A stretch of DNA of 27,150 nt from Hormoscilla sp. (GCA_051439505.1 JBFRWI010000032.1:1-27150); one strand, 5' to 3'. Shown: positions 7,479 through 17,182, numbered from the stretch's first letter. A program made the numbers and translations. Notes: generated from the sequence alone by a model not told the origin.

Positions 7479-8978
7479 ATGCAACAAGGTCAAATTATAG
7501 CAGGACATTACAAAATTATCCAGCCCCTGCAAGCAGGACAGCTTTGCCGGACTTATCTGGCGGAAGATACCCAACTCAAAGATAGTCGTTGTATTATTAA
7601 AAAACTTCATCCCGATTCTCAGGAAACTTTCGTCATAGAGACGGCTCAACGTCTTTTCGATCGGGAAGTGGATGTTCTCTACAAGTTGGGAAATCACGAT
7701 CGCATTCCCCGACTGCTTGCGGACATTCGGGAAAATCCGGATTTTTATCTGGTGCAGGAATGTATCGACGGCGACTCCCTCGACAAGCAGGAAATTGTTC
7801 CCGGAAAACGCTATACCGAACCCCAGGCGATCGACCTCTTGCAGCAGGTTCTGGAAATTTTGACATTTGTTCATGAAGAAGGGGTCATCCACCGGGATAT
7901 TAAACCTTCTAATTTAATGCGCCGGAAGTCGGATGGCAAGCTATTCTTGATCGATTTTGGGGCGGTTAAGGAAATTAATAAGATGGGGGGCAACTCTAGC
8001 GGACAAAATACAATCGTCGGCACTCCTGGCTATGCTCCTAGTGAACAATTAGAGGGTAACCCCTGCAAAGCTAGCGATATCTATGCTTTGGGTATGACGG
8101 TCATTTATGCTTTAACTGGTGTCCCTCCTCATCAGTTGCGCTCCGCTAATGCTCGGAAATTCAACTGGCGTCATCTGGCTCAGGTTAGCCCAGATATGGT
8201 TAAAATATTAGACAAGATGGTTTCCGCTAATCTTAAGGGGCGCTATCAAACTGTCGAGGAGGTGCTCCGGGATCTACAACCTCTGCTAGCTTCTGGCCCC
8301 ACAATTATGTCTACTAGAAAAAATTCGCTCAAACCAATCCTTTTATCAGTCGCTGTCCTGCTCGGACTCGGTGCTCTCTTCGTTGTCCCCAGAGTTTGGT
8401 CCGCTTTTCAGGCTCTCCAATTTTACAATCAGAGTAAGGAGCTGATCGATGCAGGATCCTATGAGGAGGCGATCGCGACTTTAGAGCAGGCCCTGGACAT
8501 CAAGCCTGATTTCCCGGAAGCTCTCACTGACCTTGGTTATGCTCTGGGTAAGCTAGATCGTCAAGAGGAAAAGTTCTCTGCCTGCCATCGGGCGGTAGAT
8601 GTGGACCCCTATTACGCGGAAGCCTGGAATTGTCGGGGTCTGGCTCGGTTTGCTCTCCGCGAATATGAAGATGCGATCTTGGATTACGATCGCGCTTTCG
8701 CTATCGATCGTAACCAGCTTAGAGCTTTGTATAACAAAGGCGACGCTCTCTTGGAGTTGAAACGTTACGAACAGGCGCTATTTGTTTCAGACAAGATCCT
8801 GAAGCTCGACTCCGACTATTTCATGGCTTGGTATCTCAAATGCAAGATTTTTAATCGCCAGCAGGACTTTCAAAAGGCTCTCGAATCATGCGATCGGGCT
8901 TTGGAGATGGAACCGGACCATCAAGAGACCATTAAGTTGCGCAAATGGATCCTGCAACAACAGTCGCAACAACAGTAG
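7479..8978 (+). CDS. Ser/Thr protein kinase with TM helix and C-terminal TPR repeats
   Basis: HRDIKPSN, DFG and GTPGYAPSEQ motifs; TM ILLSVAVLLGLGALFVV; TPR-like YEEAIATLEQALDIKPD and AWNCRGLA. ATG 7479 is preferred to the longer ORF-track start at 7419. Confidence 0.93.
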   Translation: MQQGQIIAGHYKIIQPLQAGQLCRTYLAEDTQLKDSRCIIKKLHPDSQETFVIETAQRLFDREVDVLYKLGNHDRIPRLLADIRENPDFYLVQECIDGDSLDKQEIVPGKRYTEPQAIDLLQQVLEILTFVHEEGVIHRDIKPSNLMRRKSDGKLFLIDFGAVKEINKMGGNSSGQNTIVGTPGYAPSEQLEGNPCKASDIYALGMTVIYALTGVPPHQLRSANARKFNWRHLAQVSPDMVKILDKMVSANLKGRYQTVEEVLRDLQPLLASGPTIMSTRKNSLKPILLSVAVLLGLGALFVVPRVWSAFQALQFYNQSKELIDAGSYEEAIATLEQALDIKPDFPEALTDLGYALGKLDRQEEKFSACHRAVDVDPYYAEAWNCRGLARFALREYEDAILDYDRAFAIDRNQLRALYNKGDALLELKRYEQALFVSDKILKLDSDYFMAWYLKCKIFNRQQDFQKALESCDRALEMEPDHQETIKLRKWILQQQSQQQ

Positions 8979-9039
8979 AATGGGCACCCATTCGATTTGG
9001 CTCAGGACCCGGGGTTCAAGCCCCGCGTTCCCTGGATCC

Positions 9040-9179
9040 CGCCGCTGTTGACCTTCTGCTAGTTCTCTAACTACTGCTTTGGGAACCCAGATACTATCAA
9101 ATAAAGTTCTCAGCCAGTCTATAGATTCTATTTTGTGCAGGTATAGTAGGGGAGATGTATTACTGATGGCTACTGGCAC
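9040..9179 (-). pseudogene. Truncated DUF3368-family PIN-domain gene
   Basis: MPVAISNTSPLLYLHKIESIDWLRTLFDSIWVPKAVVRELAEG is a typical DUF3368 N-terminus. After about 47 codons it runs into a hairpin and then antisense kinase sequence. Confidence 0.75.
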
Positions 9180-9423
9180 GTTCTACTTCCAATTCTTGTA
9201 ATTCTTTGGCAAAGGGAAAGACTTTATAGTTTCCCAAGTTGAGTAGGAACTCTACACGCGACATTCCTGCTAGTTGGGCGGCTTTGCTGGAGGATAAACT
9301 CTCCATTTCATAGAGTTTAACCGCTGCTAATATCCGCAATTGGACTGCAAAAGTCGCTGCATCTGCATTGGTTACTTCTAGCACCGATTTGGGAATCTCG
9401 ATCGATATCTGACTGCCTGTCAT
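9160..9423 (-). CDS. UPF0175-family putative antitoxin
   Basis: From ATG 9423: MTGSQISIEIP...LAAVKLYEMESLSSSKAAQLAGMSRVEFL. It overlaps the DUF3368 start, the usual pairing. Confidence 0.88.
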   Translation of the reverse strand: MTGSQISIEIPKSVLEVTNADAATFAVQLRILAAVKLYEMESLSSSKAAQLAGMSRVEFLLNLGNYKVFPFAKELQELEVERASSHQ

Positions 9424-9655
9424 TTGGGTAAGATTATTGGGGATTTTAATAACGATTAATGCTAACTTATTTTTTGCGATCGCCTTGTCAGCTTTGGGGA
9501 CCTGGCGGTATTCTAGCATAAAAGAAGTTGACGATCCGATCGCTCCTCCCTGGCCACTGTGAGGTGGGGTAACTGGCATCAACCCAACCGGCAGTCTGGT
9601 CCTGGGTTGCGCCAGTTGGTTCTGCCAAAACAGTAGGGCACCTATAGGAAGTATC

Positions 9656-9685
9656 GGTTGGGTTTTGTGAGACAACCCAACCTAC
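9656..9685 (-). repeat. GTAGGTTGGGTT-type REP hairpin, possible terminator downstream of the COP23 gene
   Basis: GGTTGGGTT-TTGTGAGAC-AACCCAACC-TAC. Confidence 0.75.
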
Positions 9686-9701
9686 AGAAGCTCATATCTC
9701 A

Positions 9702-10235
9702 TTATTGATTCGGAGAAACCAGGTTTCTTGACCTCTGCCCTTGGCTCTGCCGACGACTTAAGCCCAACAATTCCCATAAGGTTACTGGCTGACCGTACTC
9801 TTGTACTCCCCGAGAGCCTTGGTTTTGCGGATAAATTCGATTTAGGTTCCTGGTGGAACTGGCGCTAAACAGGATCTCGCCGCATCCTGCTCGATCCTTC
9901 TCCTTCAGGCACACCACCGGCAATCCCCCGACTTTTTCTACCTGGATGGATAAATCATCCCCACCGGTTGCTAAAGCGGCTTGCAGCTTGTCAGATACTG
10001 GCTGACATTTTTTCTGAGGATCCTCGGACTGGCGTAAGGCGTCATCATGCCAGTAGAATAGAGAATTTCTTTCGCCCGTCTGAGTTTCAGTAGCGACTGT
10101 GGTCACCACGCCGTCGATGTCCTCGCAGCCAAACCTTAGTTCTGTGGCGGAGGCTGGTTCGCCGATCGCTGTGACGGCACTGACGGTCACTGCCGCTGCT
10201 GCTAAAATTGTTTGTGACAAAAATTTACATTTCAT
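9702..10235 (-). CDS. COP23-domain secreted protein
   Basis: Signal peptide (ILAAAAVTVSAVTAIGEPASA) followed by RFGC...TTVA...FYW...PQKKCQPVS...GLPVVC...CGEILF, the four-Cys COP23 pattern. Confidence 0.8.
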   Translation of the reverse strand: MKCKFLSQTILAAAAVTVSAVTAIGEPASATELRFGCEDIDGVVTTVATETQTGERNSLFYWHDDALRQSEDPQKKCQPVSDKLQAALATGGDDLSIQVEKVGGLPVVCLKEKDRAGCGEILFSASSTRNLNRIYPQNQGSRGVQEYGQPVTLWELLGLSRRQSQGQRSRNLVSPNQ

Positions 10236-10426
10236 TTGACTTCACTCCTAGCATTTAGTGCTACATTGGTTTATTATATTCGGAAGCCTAACTCAATTAA
10301 TACTTGCTGCTGTTGTTGGAGCCAATACAAATGCTAAGTTTTGATAAGTTTTATGAAGCCCTGGGTTGCCCATTGCAGCCAAGTATGAATAATACCACAG
10401 AAGAGTTGAGAAGTCAAGAGGTGGAA

Positions 10427-13400
10427 GTGAAAAAAACGAGATTTCCTTTCTGGGTCTGGGCCCTGGTGCCAACGGCCCTGTCGGGACAGATGTTGCTGCC
10501 ACTCACGGCCTGGGGGCAGGCAATTACCCCGGACGGCACCCTGCCGACTCAGGTGATGCAGGATGGTGACAATTATACCATTGAAGGCGGGGGGAGAGCG
10601 GGGGGTAATCTATTTCACAGTTTTGACAAGTTCTCGGTACCCGCCGGCGGGCGGGCATTCTTTAATAATGCTGCGGATGTGGAAAATATCCTCAGTCGGG
10701 TGACGGGAGGCAATGTCTCTAATATTGATGGGTGGATTAGAGCTAATGGCAATGCTAATCTGTTCCTGATTAACCCGGCGGGAATTGTCTTTGGCCCCAA
10801 TGCGCATCTGGTTGTTGGGGGGTCGTTTCTGGGTAGTACGGCCAGTAGTCTGCTGTTCCCCGATGGTACGGAGTTTAGCGCGACAAACCAAGAGACGCCG
10901 CTGTTGACTATCAATGCTCCTATAGGTTTGCAGTTTCGGGGTAATGAGGGTAATATTGAACTTCGATCTAATATTAGTGTAGATATAAGCCCATTACCAG
11001 ACGTCCCTACACCTACACCTGCGCCTGAAATTGACCCACTTATCCCACCCCCACCAGGAACTGATATTAGAGTCCCATCACCATCTATACCCGGCTTTCC
11101 CGGAACGCAATCTAATACCCAACTTACAATAACACTGGTGGGTGGGAATGTCAGATTGGATGGGGGAAGAATGACAGCTATAGACGGAAGAATTAATTTG
11201 GGAGGTTTGGCAGCAGCGGGAACGGTGGGGCTGAATGATGATGGTAGTTTAAGTTTCCCTGATGGGGTAGCCCGAGGGAATGTATCGTTAGTTGATGTTA
11301 GATTGTGGGGGGCTATTACAGTCAATTCTGATAATTTAGAAATTTTGGAGACCAGTTTAGGGTTCGGGGAAAATATTATGGTTGATGCAACAGGAGTGAT
11401 AGTGATAGAAAAATCACGTCTACAAGTGAACGGAGATATAACAATAGAAGCAGATTCATTGTCTTTGACTGATACCCAAATAGATAGCAATTCTGTCAGT
11501 AATGCTCAAATAAGAATTATTACTCAGGGAAAAACTAAGCTTCAAGGGGGCTCGATCGTAAGTGACGTGGCGGCTATAGGTGAATCAAGCAGAGATATAA
11601 TAATAGAAAGCGGAGATATAACAATAGAAGCAGATTCATTGTCTTTGACTGATACTAAGATAGATGCTCAAGTTTCCGCCAGAGGTGGTTTCGGTAATGG
11701 GGGTCAAATCAGAATTACCACTCAGGGAGAAACTAGGCTTCAAGGGGGCTCGATCGCAAGTAATTTAGGAGAATTTGCAACGGGTAGCGGCGGAGATATA
11801 ACAATAGAAGCAGGTTCATTATATTTGACTGATACTGAAATAGATTCCAATATTTTTAGTGGAAGAGGTACGCCAGGTCAAATCAGAATTATCACTCAGG
11901 GAGAAACTAGGCTTCAAGGTGGCTCGATCAGAAGTGCTCTAGATGAAGTAGTAGCAACGAGTAGCGGCGGAGATATAACAATAGAAGCAGATTCATTATA
12001 TTTGACTGATACAGAAATAAACAGTAGTAGCAGCTTTGATATTTTCAGGGTAGGCGGTGTTGGTGGAAGCAGTAATGCTAGTCAAATCAGAATTGCCACT
12101 CAGGGAGAAACTAGACTTCAAGGTGGCTCCATCAGAAGTGATATATCAGGAGATTCTTCAATAGGTAGCGGTGGAGATATAACAATAGAAGCAGCATCAT
12201 TGTCTGTGAAAGGGACTGAAATTAATGCAAACACTTCAGGACAAGCTGAGGCAGGTAACATTGTAATAATGTCAGATGTTCTTTCTCTCGCTGAAAATGC
12301 CGCTATAACAGTTAGCAGTATTGATATCCCAGGAGGTTCATCTGGCAATATTGATATCCAAGTAGGCGGCCTTCATATAGACAACGGCACGATCGGGGCA
12401 GAAAATATAGCCAGTCAACAAGGAAACATCGATCTGTTTAGCAATAATTCCATCGTATTGCAAAATAATTCCACAGTGTCAGCTACCACAGTTGATGGAA
12501 GAGCAGGTACGGTGACGGTAAATGCTCCCAATTCTGTGACGATCTCTGGTGAGAGTGAGATAACATCTTCAGCAACAGGTAATGGCAGGGCAGGAGATGT
12601 GAGTGTAACCAGCAATCAATTTATCGTTCAGGATGCGTCAGAGGTAGCAGTCAGCAGTGCAGGGACAGGAGACGCTGGAAACCTCAACATCAATGCTGGA
12701 AACATCTCACTAAATAGCGGCAGTCTCAGTGCGACCACAAACTTCGGCGGACAAGGAAACATCCAGCTCACAAGCAGGGACTCAGTCGCCTTGCGAAACA
12801 ACTCCACAGTTTCAGCCTCCACATCTAATGGACAAGCAGGTTCCGTGACGGTAAATGCTCCCAACAATTCTGTAATCCTGGAGGAGAACAGTCAGATCAG
12901 TTCTTCTGCCACAGGTAATGGGACCGCAGGAAATGTGGGCATAACTACCACTGCCCAATTTATCCTTCGCAACGGTTCAGAAGTAACCGTCAGCAGTCAA
13001 AAGGTGGAAGATTCTGAGAACCCCACAATAAATATGGATGCTCCTAACGGTCAAAACCCAGCAGTGGGCAACCTCAGAGTGGATGCTAGTGAAATTTTCT
13101 TAGACAATGGCACCCTCAGCGCCGATACTGGTTCTCAAGAAGAGGGAAACATTACCCTTAACGCCGAGGGCAGGATCGAACTACGCAATGACAGCACGAT
13201 CAGCACAGACGCCGTCGGCACTGCCACAGGGGGCAACATCACCATCAGCACCGAAGAATTCTTAATCGCCTTTCCCGAAGGAAATAACGACATCAGAGCC
13301 AACGCCCAAGATGGCCCAGGCGGGAAAATCGAGATTACAGCAGACGGCCTCCTCGGCATCGACATCCGCGAAAGACCAAAATCAAGCAGCAACGACATCA

Positions 13401-13855
13401 CAGCCCGTTCTGAAACCGGTCCTCAAGGGGACGTGACATTCAACACCCCCAATGCCGACATCATACAGGGATTGGTAGAACTATCAGAGAACGTAGTAGA
13501 CCCCAATGAAATAGTCGCCCAAACATGTCGCCCAAATCGCACCGGAGGCAGTAGTTTAATCGAGACGGGGCGAGGGGGCTTACCACCGACACCCTACGAC
13601 CCCCTCACGGACGATACCATACGGGTAGGAGGAGAAGTGACCCCGCCGCGCCTGGCGGACCTGCCGGACCCAGAGGAAATTGTCACCAAAGTAGAGCGCA
13701 CCGAAGAAATCACATCAGACGATATCCAACCAGCCCGAGGGTGGTTTGTCAACGAAAAAGGGAACATCGTCCTGACGCCCTATCCCACCCCGAATGCAAC
13801 CGGGCGTCATCCGGGGGCCCGCCCAGGTTGTGGGCCCCTCCGCAGCCAAAAGTGA
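10427..13855 (+). CDS. Filamentous haemagglutinin-family two-partner-secretion exoprotein (TpsA)
   Basis: Signal peptide, then TPS domain NLFHSFDKFSV...ILSRVTGG...NLFLINPAGIVFGPNA, beta-helix repeats, and a C-terminal C...TGRGGLPP...ARGW motif. GTG 10427 is chosen for its upstream GAGGTG; alternatives are 10385 and 10304. Confidence 0.92.
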   Translation: MKKTRFPFWVWALVPTALSGQMLLPLTAWGQAITPDGTLPTQVMQDGDNYTIEGGGRAGGNLFHSFDKFSVPAGGRAFFNNAADVENILSRVTGGNVSNIDGWIRANGNANLFLINPAGIVFGPNAHLVVGGSFLGSTASSLLFPDGTEFSATNQETPLLTINAPIGLQFRGNEGNIELRSNISVDISPLPDVPTPTPAPEIDPLIPPPPGTDIRVPSPSIPGFPGTQSNTQLTITLVGGNVRLDGGRMTAIDGRINLGGLAAAGTVGLNDDGSLSFPDGVARGNVSLVDVRLWGAITVNSDNLEILETSLGFGENIMVDATGVIVIEKSRLQVNGDITIEADSLSLTDTQIDSNSVSNAQIRIITQGKTKLQGGSIVSDVAAIGESSRDIIIESGDITIEADSLSLTDTKIDAQVSARGGFGNGGQIRITTQGETRLQGGSIASNLGEFATGSGGDITIEAGSLYLTDTEIDSNIFSGRGTPGQIRIITQGETRLQGGSIRSALDEVVATSSGGDITIEADSLYLTDTEINSSSSFDIFRVGGVGGSSNASQIRIATQGETRLQGGSIRSDISGDSSIGSGGDITIEAASLSVKGTEINANTSGQAEAGNIVIMSDVLSLAENAAITVSSIDIPGGSSGNIDIQVGGLHIDNGTIGAENIASQQGNIDLFSNNSIVLQNNSTVSATTVDGRAGTVTVNAPNSVTISGESEITSSATGNGRAGDVSVTSNQFIVQDASEVAVSSAGTGDAGNLNINAGNISLNSGSLSATTNFGGQGNIQLTSRDSVALRNNSTVSASTSNGQAGSVTVNAPNNSVILEENSQISSSATGNGTAGNVGITTTAQFILRNGSEVTVSSQKVEDSENPTINMDAPNGQNPAVGNLRVDASEIFLDNGTLSADTGSQEEGNITLNAEGRIELRNDSTISTDAVGTATGGNITISTEEFLIAFPEGNNDIRANAQDGPGGKIEITADGLLGIDIRERPKSSSNDITARSETGPQGDVTFNTPNADIIQGLVELSENVVDPNEIVAQTCRPNRTGGSSLIETGRGGLPPTPYDPLTDDTIRVGGEVTPPRLADLPDPEEIVTKVERTEEITSDDIQPARGWFVNEKGNIVLTPYPTPNATGRHPGARPGCGPLRSQK
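11431..12230 (+). repeat. Near-identical internal coding repeats in tpsA
   Basis: GGAGATATAACAATAGAAGCAG occurs five times (GDITIEA); the QIRIxTQGxTxLQGGSI unit occurs four times. Confidence 0.9.
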
Positions 13856-13882
13856 AATCGATGGCGTGAAGACCCCCTTCCT

Positions 13883-14089
13883 CTCATTCCCAGGTTCTAC
13901 CTGGGAATGATTATCTGGAGGCTCTGCCTCCTATCTAAACATTCTGCGGAGTGCCTCGGAAAGTCGGGAAGATCTTTGATAAAATCGATAAGATATCAGT
14001 GCGCTTAAATAAATTGTCAGCAATTGTCATAGCTAGAGACAGGAGGCAGAGCCTCAGTCGCGCGTTCCCAGGTTCTACCTGGGAACGAG
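13883..14089. repeat. REPIN/MITE-like inverted doublet downstream of tpsA
   Basis: Left arm CTCATTCCCAGGTTCTACCTGGGAATG...GAGGCTCTGCCTCCT; right arm AGGAGGCAGAGCCTC...CGTTCCCAGGTTCTACCTGGGAACGAG. Confidence 0.8.
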
Positions 14090-14195
14090 TTGAACGCTCG
14101 TTGAACCCGGTTTATCCAGCACCGGCGGTCATGCGGAGCGGGCGGATCCCCTGGCTGGGAGAAAGTCTACAATTGTCTATAGGGTTAGCATAGAG

Positions 14196-14408
14196 ATGAG
14201 TAATTCTGTATCTTTACAAAAGGCGATCGAGTATGTGGAAGCTTTATCTCCAGAAGACCAAGATGTGTTGTTGGAACTAATTCAACAAAGGCGGAGGCGC
14301 AGGGAAATAGCCAATAACGCCGCCCAGACCCTAGCAGCAATGCAAGCAGGTACGGCAAAGCGAGGTACCCTAGAGGAATTAAAAGCTGATTTACTGGATC
14401 GAGAATGA
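14196..14408 (+). CDS. Putative type II antitoxin
   Basis: 70 aa (LQKAIEYVEALSPEDQDVLLELI...RREIA...GTLEELKADL) with an ATGA overlap with the downstream toxin. Confidence 0.8.
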   Translation: MSNSVSLQKAIEYVEALSPEDQDVLLELIQQRRRRREIANNAAQTLAAMQAGTAKRGTLEELKADLLDRE

Positions 14409-14689
14409 GAACTTTAGTTTGGGACAACAGTTTTCGGCGGGGGTTTAAGAGATTTGTTCGTAAAAACCCCCAGCTTGAGCTGAAAATATTTGCTGTTTTG
14501 GAATTATTGGCTAACGATCCATTTGCTCCCTCCTTAAAAGCCCACAAGCTGCGCGGTCAATTAGAGGGATTATGGGCTTGTTGGGTTGAGTACGATTGTC
14601 GAATTATTTATGCTATGGAACAAGACGATGACTCGGAGGAGGAGATGATTATATTAATTGACATTGGCACTCATGATGAAGTATACTAA
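14405..14689 (+). CDS. RelE/StbE (YafQ-like) type II toxin
   Basis: 94 aa: SFRRGFKR...LLANDPF...LKAHKLRGQLEGLWAC...DCRIIY...IDIGTHDEVY. Confidence 0.92.
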   Translation: MRTLVWDNSFRRGFKRFVRKNPQLELKIFAVLELLANDPFAPSLKAHKLRGQLEGLWACWVEYDCRIIYAMEQDDDSEEEMIILIDIGTHDEVY

Positions 14690-14732
14690 TCAATAATACT
14701 TCTGTGATTTTCGCAGACCAAGCTCGTCAAAG

Positions 14733-14917
14733 AAAGCCGCGATCGAGGGGCATCAGGAAAAATACGGGAAGTGGTAGCTGGCAATGGAATAAACTTTGGA
14801 GGCGATCGATGGCAGTGCCAAAAGGGATAATTTTGACTGCGGGGTTACGGATTTAAATGACTACCTGAAGGAATTAAAAGCTGATTTACTCGATCGAGAA
14901 TGAGAACTTTAGTATGG
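14733..14917 (+). pseudogene. Remnant of a DUF1778-like antitoxin / GNAT toxin pair joined to a duplicated fragment of the upstream TA junction
   Basis: KAAIEGHQEKYGKW* ends at 14777. ATG 14784 gives ME*TLEAIDGSAKRDNFDCGVTDLNDYLK (GNAT-toxin FDCG...LNDYL motif). 14869-14917 repeats 14374-14422. Confidence 0.7.
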
Positions 14918-14938
14918 AGGTAAAAGCAGTATCTTACC

Positions 14939-15829
14939 ATGACGAGAACAGCCCATGACAGCTTTGCGAAAGATTTGCTGTCAGAAATGTTGGATAAATT
15001 AGGGCAATTTCAGGCTCCCCTAGAGGTGAGAGATTCCGCCCGTCAAATAGACGCTTGGTTCGTGCCAGCAGAATCATCCGTCGAGGAACGGTCAAAACTG
15101 GGCTTATTAGGGGCGATCGTAGAAAAAGAATGCTTGCTAGAACCAGTCCATGCCCAACTAAACAATTCAAAATTCAAAATTCAGAATTCAAAATGGGAAA
15201 ACCCTTTGAGGGAAAGGGTTTCATAAAATATACCTATGCAATTTAAATGCGCGACAGCTTATCTTCCATAAGTTACAGAGGAGTTATTAGCCAAGAAAGG
15301 TTGGCCCGTTGGCGTATATTTTTCACCGGGGATATTTAAGGTGGCGATCGTGGCCATCAATCAACTCCCAGCAAACGCAGAAACCCTATGGTTGAGAATG
15401 CTGGGGAAAGGAGGGGTACAGAAGCGGGCCTTTAATGAAGTGAAGGAATTGCCGCAAGAGTCTCCATTCAGTAACAATGTATTGGATGTAGTGCAGAAAT
15501 GGTATTCGGCACTCCACGGAAAAGATGAAAAAACCCCAGAGGAACAGGAGTTAATTATGGAATTAGCAACAAGCTTTGCGGAATGGGAACAAGCGACCTT
15601 ACAAAAAGGGATCGAACGCGGTATCGAACGCGGCCAAGTTCAGAATCAGCGCCAGTTTATTGAAAACTTCCTGAAGGCTCGATTTGGCGCGATCGATGAA
15701 GCGTTGGCAGAGGCGATCGAGTCATTGGTGAAGATGTCAATGCCAGAAGTGACCGGCCTGATGCTAGAGTTATCTTCATTGGAAAAAGAGGAGTTTTTGG
15801 CGCGGTTGTCAAATCACCCAGAACAGTAA
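14939..15829 (+). pseudogene. Disrupted Rpn-like PD-(D/E)XK nuclease gene
   Basis: 5' part MTRTAHDSFAK...QIDAWFVP...LGLLG...LLEP; 3' part WPVGVYF...AIVAINQLP...ETLWLRMLG...RFG. It is interrupted by the TA-flanked element. Even after removing that element the frames do not join and the middle segment is missing. Confidence 0.85.
15159..15261 (-). mobile_element. TA-flanked 99-bp non-autonomous element, copy 2, inserted in the Rpn-like gene
   Basis: On + strand: TA|AACAATTCAAAATTCAAAA...ATGCAATTTAAATGCGCGACAGCT|TA, the reverse complement of the ends of copies 1 and 3. Confidence 0.85.
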
Positions 15830-15953
15830 GCGTCTAGGTACGAGTCGATCGCATTTGCAGATGAACTGAAAAAGATATCTGATGCCCGGTGGTCGTGGGG
15901 GCGATCGGGCATCACGGGTGGGCCATAGGTGGGCGGATGCCCACCCGAGGTAA

Positions 15954-16925
15954 CTATTGTGAAAGATCTGGAAAACGGGCCAAGAGATCTCCACGAGACA
16001 ACTGAGATAATTGCATAATCAAGCTAGTCAAATCGGCTGGAGGCAAAGCCAACATTTGTTCAACAATAGCAGTCAGTTCTGAATCTAAATCACCAAACCG
16101 AAATACCAGCAAATTTTGGAGCATAGCGCGACGTTCCTGCAGGGCCCCTTGCTGGATACCTCGCTGTTCGCCTTGCTGAATGCCTTGCTGAATGCCTTGC
16201 TGAATGCCTTGCTGTTCGCCTTCTTGAAATTTATTTTTCAGTTTCTTGTCCAACAGTGGTTCTAATTGCATAACCAAATCCCTCTCAACTTCATCCAATT
16301 TACGGTCCGACAAATGCTCGTAAAAGTTTAACAGCAGCTCAAGGGTCATCTCCCGGTTGGGGTGCTCTGGTGGCAGTGCCTTGAGTTCTTCTATTGCCCG
16401 ACTTTGTGTACTTCCATTACCCATGAGCCTCAACCAGAGTGTTTCTGGGGTTTCCGGTAACTTGTGGAGGACAACAATAGCCGTTCTCAATCTTTTCGGC
16501 AGGAAATAGACTCCAGGCATCCACTTATTATCTAGCTTAGCACTAAATTCAGATAACAGTCCTTTTGATGCTGTGGGCGTCAGCACCCACAATCTCGGGT
16601 ATTCTTCCCAAGTAACTTTCTTGCCCGTGCGATTAGCCTCTCTCTTGTCCTGACTGCATACATATCGCAATTTTACCATACAGTCGCAGATTTCATCTGG
16701 GGTTGCCGCACTGTGAAATGGTTCAAAAATTGCTCTGGTGGCTGCCATCCTGCCTAGCAGTCCCAAGGTTTCACGATGTTTTGATAACTCCGGGTTAGGA
16801 ACGAACCAAACATCTATTTGCATCACCTCTGATGCGACTCTCTTGTCTATCTCTACTGAGCCGCATTTGTTCAGGAACCCGTCCAGGCAATCCTTATAAA
16901 ACTGGTCGTAAATAAATCTGGTCAT
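15954..16925 (-). CDS. Rpn-like PD-(D/E)XK nuclease family protein
   Basis: MTRFIYDQFYK...QIDVWFVP...IFEPF...ETLWLRLMG, then GIQQ tandem repeats (12-bp unit) and a DUF4351-like RFGDL C-terminus. Confidence 0.88.
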   Translation of the reverse strand: MTRFIYDQFYKDCLDGFLNKCGSVEIDKRVASEVMQIDVWFVPNPELSKHRETLGLLGRMAATRAIFEPFHSAATPDEICDCMVKLRYVCSQDKREANRTGKKVTWEEYPRLWVLTPTASKGLLSEFSAKLDNKWMPGVYFLPKRLRTAIVVLHKLPETPETLWLRLMGNGSTQSRAIEELKALPPEHPNREMTLELLLNFYEHLSDRKLDEVERDLVMQLEPLLDKKLKNKFQEGEQQGIQQGIQQGIQQGEQRGIQQGALQERRAMLQNLLVFRFGDLDSELTAIVEQMLALPPADLTSLIMQLSQLSRGDLLARFPDLSQ

Positions 16926-17002
16926 CTTTCTCCAACATGTAAATTTACATCTGTTTCACTACTGGCGATCGCTCTTAAAATTAGCTCTCTTTACTTCTTT
17001 AT

Positions 17003-17033
17003 ATTCTAACATATATAGACCAGGTATTGTCAA
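17003..17033 (-). promoter_or_regulatory. Putative extended -10 promoter of the Rpn-like gene 15954-16925
   Basis: Minus strand TTGACA-N19-TAGAAT with a TGn extension; the same layout occurs upstream of the paralogue. Confidence 0.5.
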
Positions 17034-17182
17034 GGTTTTGTCTAATTAATTTACTTTGGGTGAACTCCGCTAATAAGGGCGATCTGTCCATCTGAGATAA
17101 TTGAGTAATCAAAGGTATTAATTTGCAAATTTATGTTCTATTTTTATGTCCAACTGTGGTTTGAATTCCCTAATTTTTATTT

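Noticed and set aside
9424..9675. N-terminal extension of the UPF0175 ORF to 9675
   Set aside because: Family-like sequence starts at ATG 9423; the extension begins inside a REP hairpin.
10615..11490. 291-aa antisense ORF and other antisense ORFs within tpsA, tpsB, CHAT and the kinases
   Set aside because: They are antisense shadows of well-supported genes and have no recognisable motifs.
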